Notes under the pieces: generated by a model | The model's database searches: none | Told to the model about the DNA's origin: nothing | Seen by the model: the letters and a program-made list of their open reading frames with translations, nothing else | Shown here: in pieces, positions 36,667 to 49,003 of the stretch | How positions within the stretch are numbered: position 1 is the stretch's first letter | How the letters are laid out: each line of letters opens with the position of its first letter | Sequence record: NC_027364.1 | DNA: 64,000 bases | Strand: one strand, 5' to 3' | Program-made: the position numbers and the translations under genes

Positions 36667-39600
36667 ATGACTAATAATTTTAAGTTTCAACCTACACAGA
36701 TGGCTGAAGCAGTACAGAAGAAGCTTTTTATTAAAAGATTGCCTGAGTGGATGCAAGGCTTAGAAGATATTCAAAAAGTCAGTGATGATGTTATTCAACA
36801 ATGGTTTAATCCGGCTGAAAACGAATTAGTTGACGGCTATATTGGTGATATGGGTTCTCCTGCCGCTGCTGGTAATATCTTCTTACATGAAAGTACTGTA
36901 GCACGTCAACTTTATCAGTTGTCCACTGCTTACGTCTCAAAAAATGATGATTCGACAATTCGTTCAATTCAATTTTATGATGATCTAGTTGGATACATGA
37001 ATCATTATGGAGCACTAACCGATAATGAAAGCCGTTTGTTCAACGGTAAGTTTTATGCATGGACTCCAGCTATTAACCCAAATAAAATGAACAATTTTAG
37101 CTCATATCTTTGGGATACTAAAAACTCTTATAATATTACTTCACCTGATTACATTGTAATGGAACGTGGAGCACTTAATGGTAATACATGGTCACTACAA
37201 AACTTTTGGTATACTTTAGGTGAAACATTAGAAGATGGCTCAATATTAACTGAAGAATTAATGCAAGATTCACGTTTTATTCGTGCACGTGCACCAATTA
37301 TTGAATATAATAAAAATATTGAGCTAATTAACTACGGTACAAAATTCCGTGGAACTGTTGATCTGTTCTCTGATATTATTAAACCTGAAGATATCGTTCA
37401 AAAAGATATTAATAGTGGTATACGTATTGATGGTATTATTCCGCAAGATGGAATGCGTATTCTATTCACCAGTATTGGTAACAATGGTGAAAACAATAGA
37501 ATTTATAATGTATATGTGAAAAAAATGCAAGATGGTACTCGTGTTTATGGTTTAGCACTAGATCCAGAAGAAGAAACCGAATCACGCCCAAGTGGTGAAC
37601 CTCAAGATGGTGATGTTGTTCTAATCACTAAAGGTAATGAGTATGGTAATAGTTCTATGTACTGGAATGGATCTTTGTGGGTTCGTGCACAATCAAAAAC
37701 TAGTGTTAACGTATTCCCTAAATTCCAACTTTATGATCGTAATGGTATCAAACTTGACAACAGTACTACATATCCATCAAGTAACTTTAAAGGTTCAGAG
37801 TTGTTTGGTTTTAAAATAAATTACAACTATGCAACTGATAGTGTATATGGATATAACATTGAACTTGGTGATTATAATTATTACATTTATGAAAACTTTT
37901 TACAATCCCAACGTTATACCTATGACCATCTTGGAAAAGAAGTTGAAATTGATGGTTTATACTATTATAACATTATTGATGAAAATAATGAAATGAATCT
38001 TCAAACCGATTGGGTTCGTTCAGAAGAGTACTCTAAACAATTTGTAAAACAAACTCCACAAGTCCAACGTACTGATATGTATCGTGTATTCAGTACTGTT
38101 TATGATATGGAAGTTTTTAAAGAACCAGTTGATGGTATGTATGCATATGTTATTGAAGTTGATAGAACATATCAGTACTATAAAGCTGACCGAGAAACTT
38201 ATCTAGATTGGCATCCAATTACTGGTGATGGTGTTCAGATTGTAAAATATGACCATACATTCGAATTGGCACAAAAAGTTTTAGATAATGACTCTGATAT
38301 TATTGAAGTTGTGGTTGATGGTGTTGATGTGTCCAAATATACCAAAAATGTTTCAAAAGGTCAAGTACAAAGCATCACTCTAGATAGTACTGTAGAATTG
38401 GATGAAGATTCTGTTATTCAAATTAGAACTTATAGCAGTACTGTAACTCCTAATAAAGAATTAGGTGCATATGAAGTTCCAATCAACCTACAAAATAACC
38501 CATATAATTCTAATATTATATACATTAACCAAGGTGACTACACTTTACATTTTCAGGATATTATTCAAAAGAACATTACACGTGGTTCTTCTGATGATTT
38601 CAATGACTATGAAGAACGTTTGGCTAAAGGATTGGTTAATAATGGCGTAGGTACTAAAATTATCCAAAATGAAGCATCTATGCTTCCATTGATGGCACAT
38701 ACTGCAAATGAAGATATTGATTTGTTTGAAGCAACTATGTTTATGCAATCTGAATATTTTAGATTCATTAATAAATTTAATACACAAATGCTTCGTATGT
38801 ATGATGAAAATCCATCAGACTTTTTACAAAATAGTGCTGCAAACATTGTTGATGCAATTTTAACTACTATTAATATGGGACGTGATAGTTCATTCCCATT
38901 CTATTATGATAATGTTGGAAGTACTTCTGGATTCATTCGTGCATTTATACCACCAACACCACAGTTCTTAGGTATTCTTCAAGCATATGTACCAGAAAAA
39001 GCGACATTCCTCACTGCTGGTAGTAAACCAAGCTGTTATAACATCAGTCATACTGGTATTATTTCCAAAGCATACCGTGTTATCAATGGTGTTGATAAAA
39101 TGGATGATGTTGTATATGAATTAGAAAATAGAATTTTTAATAGTATTGATAATAAATTCAAAGATGTTGATTACGTACCAGTATTGAATAGTGATGACCT
39201 TTTCCCTACACCATATTTCACTAAAACTGAATATAGTGCTGAAGAGAAACAAACATTATTACTACGTGGATACATTAACTTCACCGCAACTAATGGTATC
39301 AGTAATAGTACACATGATTATGATCCTAACAATTGGAGAACTTGGAACTATACTGGCACTTATTATGTAGTTAATGGTCAAAGTACTGAAATTCCTGCAC
39401 GTGGTTCATGGCGTGCCATTTACACTGACCAATATGGTACATATCGCCCAGCTACCCATCCGTGGGAAATGTTTGGCTTTACACAACGTCCAACTTGGTG
39501 GAACCAAGAATACGAACCAACGGCTGTTCAAGTTGGTGAACGTGATAGTGATGTTGTATATGTATATGAAGCACTTGTTATGAATGAGCAAGGTGATTTA

Positions 39601-42600
39601 GTTCCTAGTGGTCTTTGGGATATTGACGGAACTATTGGAGATAGCAGTACTGGAACTATTTTATTTGGTGATCGTCGTGGTCAATATGACAAATATAAAA
39701 GATTTGGTGTACAGCCATTCAAAATTACAAAAACTGGAAATAAAACATCTTCTGGTATTGATATTTGTGTGGTTGAATATATTGCACCTGAAATTTTAGG
39801 TTTAGTGTCTGGATCTTTAAATCATAGAGCAGAACCTTGGACATATGGTGATATGGGTGACATGGAATTTACATACATGAACACTACATTGTTTGCATAT
39901 GACCAAATGATGCTTTTGTATAAAGCTAAACCAGCACAATTTGCTAACTATTTCTGGGATACCCGCAACGATAACTTAAAAGAAGTATTCACTGATGGTT
40001 CACAATTCCTTTATGGTGATACACGTAAGCGTATTAATTTTGATAAAAATACAGTAGTTCATGGTGAAAATAGCACAAGAACAATTGGTTATCAAATGTT
40101 TGTAAGTGACCATTTGATGTATCAAAATAAAAATATTACCACCAAGTATGGGGATGTAGTTCGTTCTTCTTATATAAATGTTGGTCATAAAATTGGAGGA
40201 TTTACTAAAGCAGATCAGCTAACATTCAATGCTAAATCTTTCGGTCTTATTTCACAAGAAAACCAAACCATTGGTCTTGTTCGTTCTAATAATATCCGTG
40301 ATGAGCAAATGAGTGCGATCAAAATTACTTGGAATGGTAGTGCATATCAGATTGATGGATATGATCTAGTTGGTGCTAAATTTAAATATAAACTTCCAGT
40401 AAAAAATGGTAGAAAAGTAACTCTTAAATTGGAAAACCGTAATGTTGTTCATTATAATGAATGGAAGTCTGAAGCTTCAATTGAATATGGTAAAGTTTTC
40501 AATAGTTACCAAGAAGTTTATACTTTTATTTGTGGATATGGTGAATATCTTAAAGAACATGGTTGGATTTTTGAAGATGTAAATGATAGTGGTGCTCAAC
40601 AAGATTGGAACACTATTGCTAAAGATTTTGTGATCTGGAGTCAGAATTCTCTAGTAACTGGTGAATTTATTTCTTGTACCCCAAGTGCTGCAAACGCTAA
40701 ATTTGGGGCAGACTTTGGTTCAGTACAATCTATTACGCAAAATAATGGTGGTGTATGGTCATTACTTGATGATAATAACCAAGGTATTCGCCAATATGAA
40801 ATTGAAACTTCTCGTATTGGAAATATCTTCACTGTTAGAACTTTAGAATCTAATAAACGCATTGCATTGATTCGTTTAAGTTTGTGTTCATATGAACATG
40901 CTGTTATTTTTGATGATAAAACTATTTTTGGTGATTACATTTATCAGCCAACATATGGTTCTATTCAAGAACTAATTAAAATGTATGGATATATTACTGG
41001 TTCATGGACTGGTCGCCTACAAGCTCCTGGATTTATTATCTTGGAAGCTGGAACACTACCATCATTTGAAAAATTAGTGTCGGATTTCCAACATTATTAT
41101 GATAGTGAAACTCCAGTAAGTGATGTACAATTACAAGAGTTGTCAAACCATTTGATTGGTTATCAATCTCGTGATTATCTACAGCGTATGATTAGTAGTG
41201 ATGTTAGTCGTGTTGATTTCTATAAAGGATTCATTCACGATAAAGGTACTAACCAAGTTTTAGAACGTGTACTTCGTGTTTCTAAATCATATGACACTGA
41301 TGAATATAAAGCATTACAAGAATGGGCATTTAAAATTGGTACATATGGTAATATTGATGGTAAGAAAAACCTTCAATTTAAACTAATCAATGACCAATTT
41401 AAACAACAACCTCAAATGGTTTCTTTTGATGTAAATGCAACTTCAAATGGTAATGGTAATCATATTGTATACTTCGGTGAGCAAGGTAAAGATCCTCGTT
41501 GGATTACACGTCCAAATGGTAAGTTCTCATTCCCAATGCGTAGTGGAAGAAGTGAAAACATCCAACTTCCAGATATTGGTCCAGTAACATTGGATGAAGT
41601 ATCGTACACAACAAAAGATTTCAGTACTGCATATAATGACCGCATAACTTATACTAATGGTAAAGGTGAAAATCCTGAATCTGTGTGGATGTTTAAAGAC
41701 GGTAATGGTTTGTGGAACATTTTTGAATTGGTTGATACTAATGTACAAATGGTTTCTATAACACCTATTGAAAATACCGATGTGTATGCTGAACAATTTT
41801 GTAAAGTAACTTTAACTGATAATGTACCACTTGAAGATGGTGATTATTATTATTTTGTTGATGAAACTAACTTTATGCCAGATACTTTAACAGTAGAAAG
41901 TCAATATTATACTGCTGGTTCTGATCCTAAAGTTATGGTAGTTCCATTTGACACTTCTATTGATATTGAATTTACTGATCCAGATACACGTCCACGTTTG
42001 TATCGTTATGTATCACGTTTTGCCAGTACTGATGAACGTCAAGCTTACATTGACAAGAAATATAGTTTTAAAGCACCACAAAGTACTTTATTTGATCGTC
42101 CAACGACATATGATGAACGTACTAACATTACTGAGCTATATCTAAACGTTTATGACCCAATTAATGGTGTTATTCCAGGTGCGGCTATGCAAAACGTAAC
42201 ATATACTTCACCAGTTGATCCTGCACAGTATAATAGTAATGGAGAGTTAATCCAGGCTTGGGGTGCTGATAAAGTTGGTCAAGTATGGTGGAACACTAGC
42301 ACTGCATTTTATTTGGATTATACTCGTGCAATTTATGACGCAGACGGTAATGTTGATATTGATGCAACCAATGAATACAAACGTTACAACTGGGGCCGTT
42401 TGTTACCACATAGTACCATTGATGTGTTAGAGTGGGTTTGTTCACCAGTTGAGCCATATAACTGGGACAAATACTGTAAAGATGTTGCTAAGAAAAACAA
42501 AAATAATACTATGTATCTACCAAGTGGAACTGCACTTGAAGATAATTATAGTACATTTTTGGAATATGATAGTTCAACTGATAGTTATGTAACAAAATAC

Positions 42601-45600
42601 TATTTCTGGGTACGTGATACAATTTATGTACCACCACTACATACCAGAACGAAATCATGTACTGACATTGCTCGTATTATTAAAGATCCAACACAGCTAA
42701 ACATTCCTTGGTTCGCTCCAATAAATGAAAACTCGTTTATTCTTAGTAATATGCAATTTAAAGTGAATGATGATACCAGTATTTTAACTGTTTCTTATTA
42801 CATGGATAGTACTGAAGTTGTTAAACATGACCAGTATCAACTATGTAAAGAAGGTGACAGCTATAACTTTAACCCACTAATTTGGGATTCAATGTGGAAC
42901 TCACTAATTGGTCAAGAAACAACTGAATCAGGTTCTGTGATTAATTTATTATATCCAGATGTTGATAACGGTTTAGGATCAAACAAAACTTGGTTCCAAA
43001 ATGTTATAGAAGCTCGTAGAAACTTTGTAGAAAGTGCTAATAATTATTATAGGTCACAAAACATAACCACTAATAGTGTTGTTATGGAAGATGTGTTTAA
43101 TGTTAAAACCACTGAAGTTAACCCTAATGAAGTTTCTTTCCGTGTGTTGTCTTACAATAATGAATTAGTTATTGCAGTTGAAAGTGATAAATTTAAAGAA
43201 AATGACGCTGTTATTTTAAGTACTAGTGGATATCTACCAAATCCATTAACTTCTAGTGCTGTTTATTTTATTCACTTCGACGAAAATGGATATATTCAGT
43301 TAATGAATAGTCCAGCAAACGCGGGTAGTGTTGTTACTATAACGTTAGAAAACAAAGGTGAGGGACAACATAAAATGATTAAACAATCTGATTATGTTGA
43401 ATCACTAGGAACCTCATTAGACATGACTCAGTACTGGTCATATGCTGATTGGTATGATGTTGGATATGATAGTAACACGACTTATACTCAAGAGTCAAGC
43501 TTAGAAGATGCTAATACTAAAAACTACCAAGTTGGCGATATTATCAGAGTTACCGATAGTGAAAACATTTGGACATTGTATATTAAATCACAATCACGCG
43601 ATTCAATTTATTGGAAAGCGATTGGTCGTGAAAACAGTACAGTTGAACTCAATGATATGCTTTACGCAGATTATAGTGTTCATAATGATAATGGTTCACT
43701 AAGCAATCGTGAAATCAACGTTCGTAAAGCACTAGCTTTACTCAAAAATTCTTTCGATTTACATCAAAGCGAAATTGTTTTTGATATGGTCAAATATGTA
43801 CATGTTGAACAAAGTGTTGTGGATTGGGTATTTAAAACATCATATATCTATATTGTTGGTTTGGAACAATCATTAGTTCAAAACTATTCAAACGATAATT
43901 TGATTAATCAAATTGTTGAATATTTTGAAGAAGTTAAACCTTATAGAACTAAAATTCGTTCACAAATAGAGCAAAAGACATCTGATGATGATTTAATAAA
44001 AGGTCTATGTAATGATTTAGATCCTAATGGATATATTTTCGTTGACGGTTCTTGGATCAAAACTGAAAAAGATATTTGGGATTATGAGTACGCTCAATTT
44101 AATGAAATTACCCAAAAATGGGAACAGGTAGGTTCACTACCAAGTGATTTCGTTACACCAAATAGAAGATTCCAAGAAATTGATATTATTATGCATTATG
44201 ATAATATTCAGTGTAAACCAAATGAAGATTTGGCAAGCATAAATGAATTAGTAAGTGTTAATAACAAATATCAATCCAATGAAAAGGATGCTGTTAGTAA
44301 CTATGAATTACAACGTTATATATATTCTTTCCCAGAATATAGTGAAGAAACTTTCGATCTTCTTATTGCTTATCAAATGCAAATCTACTATCCAGAATTG
44401 GATGTAACACTAGGAACAGCATATGGCGTTAACCAGTGGTATAAAGACCATGCGGAAGATTTAGAAGCAACTGATGAATTCACTGCTACATTGGAACGTG
44501 TTTATAAAGAATCAACGCATAACGATATGTTTACTGACCTTAGACAATATGTTCAGTATAACACATTGGCAAACCGTTTGAAACTTTATAAAGATATAAG
44601 TGATGAGAAAATTCACGATGAAGTTGGATGTGGATTTAGTGGACTTACTTATAATGACAATCCTAGTACTAGACTTCCATTAGGCTTTTCTTCTAGTAAT
44701 GATTATAACTATGGATATTTTGAAATAAGCAGTGAATTGTATCAAAAATACATTTCATTAATTAAAGATAAAAATCCTGACGCATCAGACTATGAAGTAA
44801 AAGTTAAACTTGAAGTTGAGTATGGTGTATATGTTTATCGTTATGATGAAGTAGGTGGTGATACCCGTTTCTATACTGATGCTATTCACGTATTAGCAGG
44901 TATGAGAGGGTTATTCGACAAAGACGCTACTGATAAGTACGAAAAAGCTGAAGAGATTCTTAGTAAGACCCCAATTGATATCTATGCAATTACAATGATT
45001 CCACGAAAATATGTTTACTTAAATGTTAACGGTGTATATCAAAGTATACCTGATGAACAAAGTATTGATGATTTCATGGAAGATTATTTTATCACAAATG
45101 GTGAAATGGTTGAACTAGCTGAAATAAATCTTGATGATTTACCACTAGATCAAAATAATCCAATGTATTCTGATTATCAATATATACTTGATAGTATTAC
45201 TGAAGCTAAGTACTTCAATGATATGAATGCATTTGATAACCTAGCATTGGAATCTCAAACTTCTTCAATAAAATGGGAAGTTAAAGATGATGAAGTTGAT
45301 CCTTATATTGTGGATATATCTGACATAAACCCTTCTGGGCGTGATGTTGGACAAATTAGATTTACAGTTGATGGATATGGGTTTGACAATGTATCTCTTG
45401 TACAATTACGTGATAACAGCAGATATCAAACTGAAGGTATGGCAATTATCAATCCATATAAACATACAGAAGCAATTGTAAGTATTCCTTCATATGCTAA
45501 GATTGAAAATGATATTAATAAAACAACATCGAAGTTTGATGAAAAATATTTCTATCGTGTGAGATCTATTAATAGCTTAACTGAAGCAGAAATAGTTGAC

Positions 45601-46638
45601 AATGACCTATCTGATGGTGATAAGGTGATGATTTTCACTCCTGATGGTGAAGATTTTGTGAGATATCAAAATCACACATGGGAAACAATCTTGCGTGTAT
45701 CTAACATCAAAAACAATACAACTCCGATCCTATTCACTGTAAGAAATACAGGTAAGGAAACGATTGAATTGATTGATGAGAGTACTGGTGCAGTTCTCCG
45801 TTATGATAACATCACTCTTGCACAACAAAATGAGCCAGTACAGCCTCTAGCATTGAACATTGTTCGTGTTAGAACATTTGCTGACCCTGAATTTGTCAAG
45901 AATGGTATTAAATTGTATGAACAAAATAGAAATTACACCATTGATGTAATTAATTATGATGTTTTCTACGATACTACTTTAAATGGTGGTAAGTACAATG
46001 ACGGAATAACACCAGATGACGTTGACGTTTGGATAATCTCCAATGAAATATTTGATGTTGATGGAATTACTATCGATAACGGTTATAACTTACCAATTAC
46101 GGGTGCGGGAGTTCTTAGTGAATTGGCAAGAACTAAAATGACTGATAGTTTAGAAATCAACGTTATCGAATATGATTCAAGTGTTATTCAACCGTTTAGA
46201 AATAATGAAGGGATATGGGTTTATGGATTCCCAATGGTTGACGGTATGTATATCGGTGTTGTTGGTGGTACTGTTACTAACATCACAACCATTAGTGAAG
46301 AAAATACAACCTATGTTTCTCAACCTAAATCAATAAGTCCTTATAGTATTAGAAATAATGTTTTATCCGGTTCAGCCGCGAACATGAATGATATTATATC
46401 GATTGGATATGAAAAAGTTGAAGTTAGAAATGCAAATAATTTACTCCGTGGTGTAATGTATAGTGCAGAACATGATTTTAAACTTAATACCACATATTCT
46501 TTCAATGGAATTAATTTAGGTAATTATGATATGTTAAAACGTTACACACAAAATAGTTACACTATAGATCTTTCAGTATACACTGATAGTCTACAAGTTA
46601 GTGGTAATGATATTAAAAATATATTATTAGTTAAGTAA
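36667..46638 (+). CDS. Giant (~3320 aa) baseplate/virion structural protein (gp7-like position)
   Basis: Uninterrupted ORF after gp6-like gene; late promoter and GGAG SD support start 36667; YFEEVKPYRTKIR-type motif. Confidence 0.7.
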   Translation: MTNNFKFQPTQMAEAVQKKLFIKRLPEWMQGLEDIQKVSDDVIQQWFNPAENELVDGYIGDMGSPAAAGNIFLHESTVARQLYQLSTAYVSKNDDSTIRSIQFYDDLVGYMNHYGALTDNESRLFNGKFYAWTPAINPNKMNNFSSYLWDTKNSYNITSPDYIVMERGALNGNTWSLQNFWYTLGETLEDGSILTEELMQDSRFIRARAPIIEYNKNIELINYGTKFRGTVDLFSDIIKPEDIVQKDINSGIRIDGIIPQDGMRILFTSIGNNGENNRIYNVYVKKMQDGTRVYGLALDPEEETESRPSGEPQDGDVVLITKGNEYGNSSMYWNGSLWVRAQSKTSVNVFPKFQLYDRNGIKLDNSTTYPSSNFKGSELFGFKINYNYATDSVYGYNIELGDYNYYIYENFLQSQRYTYDHLGKEVEIDGLYYYNIIDENNEMNLQTDWVRSEEYSKQFVKQTPQVQRTDMYRVFSTVYDMEVFKEPVDGMYAYVIEVDRTYQYYKADRETYLDWHPITGDGVQIVKYDHTFELAQKVLDNDSDIIEVVVDGVDVSKYTKNVSKGQVQSITLDSTVELDEDSVIQIRTYSSTVTPNKELGAYEVPINLQNNPYNSNIIYINQGDYTLHFQDIIQKNITRGSSDDFNDYEERLAKGLVNNGVGTKIIQNEASMLPLMAHTANEDIDLFEATMFMQSEYFRFINKFNTQMLRMYDENPSDFLQNSAANIVDAILTTINMGRDSSFPFYYDNVGSTSGFIRAFIPPTPQFLGILQAYVPEKATFLTAGSKPSCYNISHTGIISKAYRVINGVDKMDDVVYELENRIFNSIDNKFKDVDYVPVLNSDDLFPTPYFTKTEYSAEEKQTLLLRGYINFTATNGISNSTHDYDPNNWRTWNYTGTYYVVNGQSTEIPARGSWRAIYTDQYGTYRPATHPWEMFGFTQRPTWWNQEYEPTAVQVGERDSDVVYVYEALVMNEQGDLVPSGLWDIDGTIGDSSTGTILFGDRRGQYDKYKRFGVQPFKITKTGNKTSSGIDICVVEYIAPEILGLVSGSLNHRAEPWTYGDMGDMEFTYMNTTLFAYDQMMLLYKAKPAQFANYFWDTRNDNLKEVFTDGSQFLYGDTRKRINFDKNTVVHGENSTRTIGYQMFVSDHLMYQNKNITTKYGDVVRSSYINVGHKIGGFTKADQLTFNAKSFGLISQENQTIGLVRSNNIRDEQMSAIKITWNGSAYQIDGYDLVGAKFKYKLPVKNGRKVTLKLENRNVVHYNEWKSEASIEYGKVFNSYQEVYTFICGYGEYLKEHGWIFEDVNDSGAQQDWNTIAKDFVIWSQNSLVTGEFISCTPSAANAKFGADFGSVQSITQNNGGVWSLLDDNNQGIRQYEIETSRIGNIFTVRTLESNKRIALIRLSLCSYEHAVIFDDKTIFGDYIYQPTYGSIQELIKMYGYITGSWTGRLQAPGFIILEAGTLPSFEKLVSDFQHYYDSETPVSDVQLQELSNHLIGYQSRDYLQRMISSDVSRVDFYKGFIHDKGTNQVLERVLRVSKSYDTDEYKALQEWAFKIGTYGNIDGKKNLQFKLINDQFKQQPQMVSFDVNATSNGNGNHIVYFGEQGKDPRWITRPNGKFSFPMRSGRSENIQLPDIGPVTLDEVSYTTKDFSTAYNDRITYTNGKGENPESVWMFKDGNGLWNIFELVDTNVQMVSITPIENTDVYAEQFCKVTLTDNVPLEDGDYYYFVDETNFMPDTLTVESQYYTAGSDPKVMVVPFDTSIDIEFTDPDTRPRLYRYVSRFASTDERQAYIDKKYSFKAPQSTLFDRPTTYDERTNITELYLNVYDPINGVIPGAAMQNVTYTSPVDPAQYNSNGELIQAWGADKVGQVWWNTSTAFYLDYTRAIYDADGNVDIDATNEYKRYNWGRLLPHSTIDVLEWVCSPVEPYNWDKYCKDVAKKNKNNTMYLPSGTALEDNYSTFLEYDSSTDSYVTKYYFWVRDTIYVPPLHTRTKSCTDIARIIKDPTQLNIPWFAPINENSFILSNMQFKVNDDTSILTVSYYMDSTEVVKHDQYQLCKEGDSYNFNPLIWDSMWNSLIGQETTESGSVINLLYPDVDNGLGSNKTWFQNVIEARRNFVESANNYYRSQNITTNSVVMEDVFNVKTTEVNPNEVSFRVLSYNNELVIAVESDKFKENDAVILSTSGYLPNPLTSSAVYFIHFDENGYIQLMNSPANAGSVVTITLENKGEGQHKMIKQSDYVESLGTSLDMTQYWSYADWYDVGYDSNTTYTQESSLEDANTKNYQVGDIIRVTDSENIWTLYIKSQSRDSIYWKAIGRENSTVELNDMLYADYSVHNDNGSLSNREINVRKALALLKNSFDLHQSEIVFDMVKYVHVEQSVVDWVFKTSYIYIVGLEQSLVQNYSNDNLINQIVEYFEEVKPYRTKIRSQIEQKTSDDDLIKGLCNDLDPNGYIFVDGSWIKTEKDIWDYEYAQFNEITQKWEQVGSLPSDFVTPNRRFQEIDIIMHYDNIQCKPNEDLASINELVSVNNKYQSNEKDAVSNYELQRYIYSFPEYSEETFDLLIAYQMQIYYPELDVTLGTAYGVNQWYKDHAEDLEATDEFTATLERVYKESTHNDMFTDLRQYVQYNTLANRLKLYKDISDEKIHDEVGCGFSGLTYNDNPSTRLPLGFSSSNDYNYGYFEISSELYQKYISLIKDKNPDASDYEVKVKLEVEYGVYVYRYDEVGGDTRFYTDAIHVLAGMRGLFDKDATDKYEKAEEILSKTPIDIYAITMIPRKYVYLNVNGVYQSIPDEQSIDDFMEDYFITNGEMVELAEINLDDLPLDQNNPMYSDYQYILDSITEAKYFNDMNAFDNLALESQTSSIKWEVKDDEVDPYIVDISDINPSGRDVGQIRFTVDGYGFDNVSLVQLRDNSRYQTEGMAIINPYKHTEAIVSIPSYAKIENDINKTTSKFDEKYFYRVRSINSLTEAEIVDNDLSDGDKVMIFTPDGEDFVRYQNHTWETILRVSNIKNNTTPILFTVRNTGKETIELIDESTGAVLRYDNITLAQQNEPVQPLALNIVRVRTFADPEFVKNGIKLYEQNRNYTIDVINYDVFYDTTLNGGKYNDGITPDDVDVWIISNEIFDVDGITIDNGYNLPITGAGVLSELARTKMTDSLEINVIEYDSSVIQPFRNNEGIWVYGFPMVDGMYIGVVGGTVTNITTISEENTTYVSQPKSISPYSIRNNVLSGSAANMNDIISIGYEKVEVRNANNLLRGVMYSAEHDFKLNTTYSFNGINLGNYDMLKRYTQNSYTIDLSVYTDSLQVSGNDIKNILLVK

Positions 46639-46639
46639 T

Positions 46640-46676
46640 AAAAAAGGAGAGCATAATGCTCTCCTTTTCTTTTTTT
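46640..46676. terminator. Bidirectional terminator
   Basis: AAAAGGAGAGC-ATAAT-GCTCTCCTTTT; stem identical to terminator at 2063-2080. Confidence 0.9.
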
Positions 46677-48963
46677 ATACTAGTGCTTTATCTACAGCTT
46701 TGGTACGTTTCGGCTTAATACCGATTTTACCATCAATAACATCAAATGTAATGTTACCACCATTCACAAGTGAACCACACAACATTTCTTTAGCTAGTGG
46801 TACACGAATGTTTTGTTCAATGGTACGTTTCATTGGACGTGCACCCATACCAACTTTTACCCCATTTTTCGCAAGCCATTCACGTGCAGCTTTTGTCAAT
46901 GTAACTTTAACATTACGGTCTTTGACTTGTTCATTCAAACCACCCATGAACTTATCAATGATGCTGTCAATAGCTTCACTGCTTAGGTCTTTAAACGTAA
47001 CGATACTATCAATACGGTTAATAAACTCTGGTGGCAAGAATGCTTTAATTGCCTTGTCCTGTGCAGTGTCACTACCGCTCATACCAATGCTACGCTTTGT
47101 TGAATCAGCCGCACCAAGGTTTGTAGTCATAATAACAGTTACGTTATTAAAATATACAGTTTTACCTTGAGAACCAGTCAGACGACCTTCATCCAAAACC
47201 TGTAGGAAGGTTAGTAGTACTTTACGATCTGCTTTTTCAATTTCATCAAGTAACAGTACTGCATTAGGGAACTGCTCAATTTTATCCAACAGTAAACCGT
47301 TACCAGAATCATGACCAACATAACCTGGAGGTGAACCAATTAGTTTAGAAACAGTATGTTCTTGAGAAAATTCTGACATATCAAAGCGAATGAGTTCCGC
47401 ACCAGTTGCGTCTGCTAATGCTTTGGTAATTTCTGTTTTACCAGTACCAGATGGTCCAACAAACATAAATGCACCCTGAACACTAGATTTGTCACGCAGT
47501 CCTGCACGAGCTACCATCACGTTATCAACTAATTTTTGAATAGCTTCCTCTTGACCGTATACACGTGAGCGTAGTGCATCTGGTAGATTACGCATACGAT
47601 CACTTTCAGTACATGCAACCACGTTGATATCCAAATTGGCAATACCAGCAACAACTTCTTGAATCAAATTGGCAGTAATAAGCTTACTATTGTTGTCACG
47701 TGAACGAACTTTAGCCGCAGCAGCATCCATTAGATCAATTGCTTTATCTGGGAAGTGCTTATTCTTCAGGAATTTATCACTGAGAGAAATTACAGCATCC
47801 ATTGCATCAGATGTGAACTCAACATTATGGAATTTTTCATACGTTGGTTTCAAACCATTAACAATTGCACGAGTTTCATCAATTGTCGGCTCAACTACGT
47901 CAATTTTCATAAAACGACGAGTTAATGCACTATCTTTCTCGATATTTTTACGATATTCATCATATGTTGTTGCACCAATTACACGAATCTCACCACGTGA
48001 AAGTGCTGGCTTAAGCATATTGCTCATGTCCATAGAACCATTACTTGCGGAACCAGCCCCAACCATAATATGAATTTCATCAATGAAAACAATAGTATTT
48101 TCACGTTTCTTTAGTTCTTTTAGCAAATTGTCGATGCGTTCTTCAAATTCACCACGATACTTAGTACCAGCAGTCAATGCACCAACATTTAGTGAAAGAA
48201 TTTCAACGTCTTTCAGGTGTTCAGGTACGTTACCATCAGCAATAGCTTGTGCAAGCCCGTCGATGATTTGTGTTTTACCTACACCAGCTTCACCAGTGAG
48301 AATAGCATTCTTTTTGGTTTTGCGAGCAAGAGTCTCAATCAATGCAGACAATTCTTTCTGGCGACCAATCATAGGATCTAGTTTGCCTTCTTTTGCAAGA
48401 GCAGTTAGATTCGTTGTATAGTCTTCCAAACCTTTTTGTTTAGATGATTGCTGCTGTTGGGCCACTTTTTTATCTCCAATCGGTTCGTCATTAATACTTT
48501 GTAAGTTGATACCCTTATCAAGTGACTCAACGTGTTTCTGTAATGCACGTGCAGCTTCAGTACAGCTAACACCTTCTTCTTTTAACGCAGCTTCTAGTGC
48601 TGTGTTAGGGAAAGACAGACATTCGAATAGAACAAAATATGCATCAATCGAAAAATCATCACTTTTTAGTTGTTCAATAACTGATTTTTTAGAAAGCTCA
48701 TGTACAACGCGATTCACTAGAAGCGAAGTTCGATTCGCGTCTTCATCTTTAACACTTTTTGGTGCATGTGGAACTGTTGTATTTTTAAGATAGTTCATCA
48801 GGCGGTTGTGCAGTTTGTCTGCATCAATGTTCATATCTTCAAATACGTTCTTGATGCTATCAATAGTCAGTACTGTGGCACTTACGTGGTCAATAGTCAA
48901 GAATGTATGACCTAGAGATGTTGCCAGTTCGTCGCTTTTTTTGAACAATTGAGTAAGATTCAT
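46675..48963 (-). CDS. clpA: ClpA-like Hsp100 AAA+ unfoldase
   Basis: N-domain, GEAGVGKT / [14 protein letters not shown] / LLDEIEK, GMGARPM; no ClpB middle domain; AGGAG SD supports start 48963. Confidence 0.9.
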   Translation of the reverse strand: MNLTQLFKKSDELATSLGHTFLTIDHVSATVLTIDSIKNVFEDMNIDADKLHNRLMNYLKNTTVPHAPKSVKDEDANRTSLLVNRVVHELSKKSVIEQLKSDDFSIDAYFVLFECLSFPNTALEAALKEEGVSCTEAARALQKHVESLDKGINLQSINDEPIGDKKVAQQQQSSKQKGLEDYTTNLTALAKEGKLDPMIGRQKELSALIETLARKTKKNAILTGEAGVGKTQIIDGLAQAIADGNVPEHLKDVEILSLNVGALTAGTKYRGEFEERIDNLLKELKKRENTIVFIDEIHIMVGAGSASNGSMDMSNMLKPALSRGEIRVIGATTYDEYRKNIEKDSALTRRFMKIDVVEPTIDETRAIVNGLKPTYEKFHNVEFTSDAMDAVISLSDKFLKNKHFPDKAIDLMDAAAAKVRSRDNNSKLITANLIQEVVAGIANLDINVVACTESDRMRNLPDALRSRVYGQEEAIQKLVDNVMVARAGLRDKSSVQGAFMFVGPSGTGKTEITKALADATGAELIRFDMSEFSQEHTVSKLIGSPPGYVGHDSGNGLLLDKIEQFPNAVLLLDEIEKADRKVLLTFLQVLDEGRLTGSQGKTVYFNNVTVIMTTNLGAADSTKRSIGMSGSDTAQDKAIKAFLPPEFINRIDSIVTFKDLSSEAIDSIIDKFMGGLNEQVKDRNVKVTLTKAAREWLAKNGVKVGMGARPMKRTIEQNIRVPLAKEMLCGSLVNGGNITFDVIDGKIGIKPKRTKAVDKALV

Positions 48964-49003
48964 GTATTCTCCTATGTGATTCACGTCACTCTAATTAATA
49001 AAC

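Noticed and set aside
2063-46664. Identical terminator stems GGAGAGC/GCTCTCC at 2063 and 46646 as a dispersed mobile repeat
   Set aside because: Only 7-11 bp with different loops and flanks; shared terminator design is sufficient.
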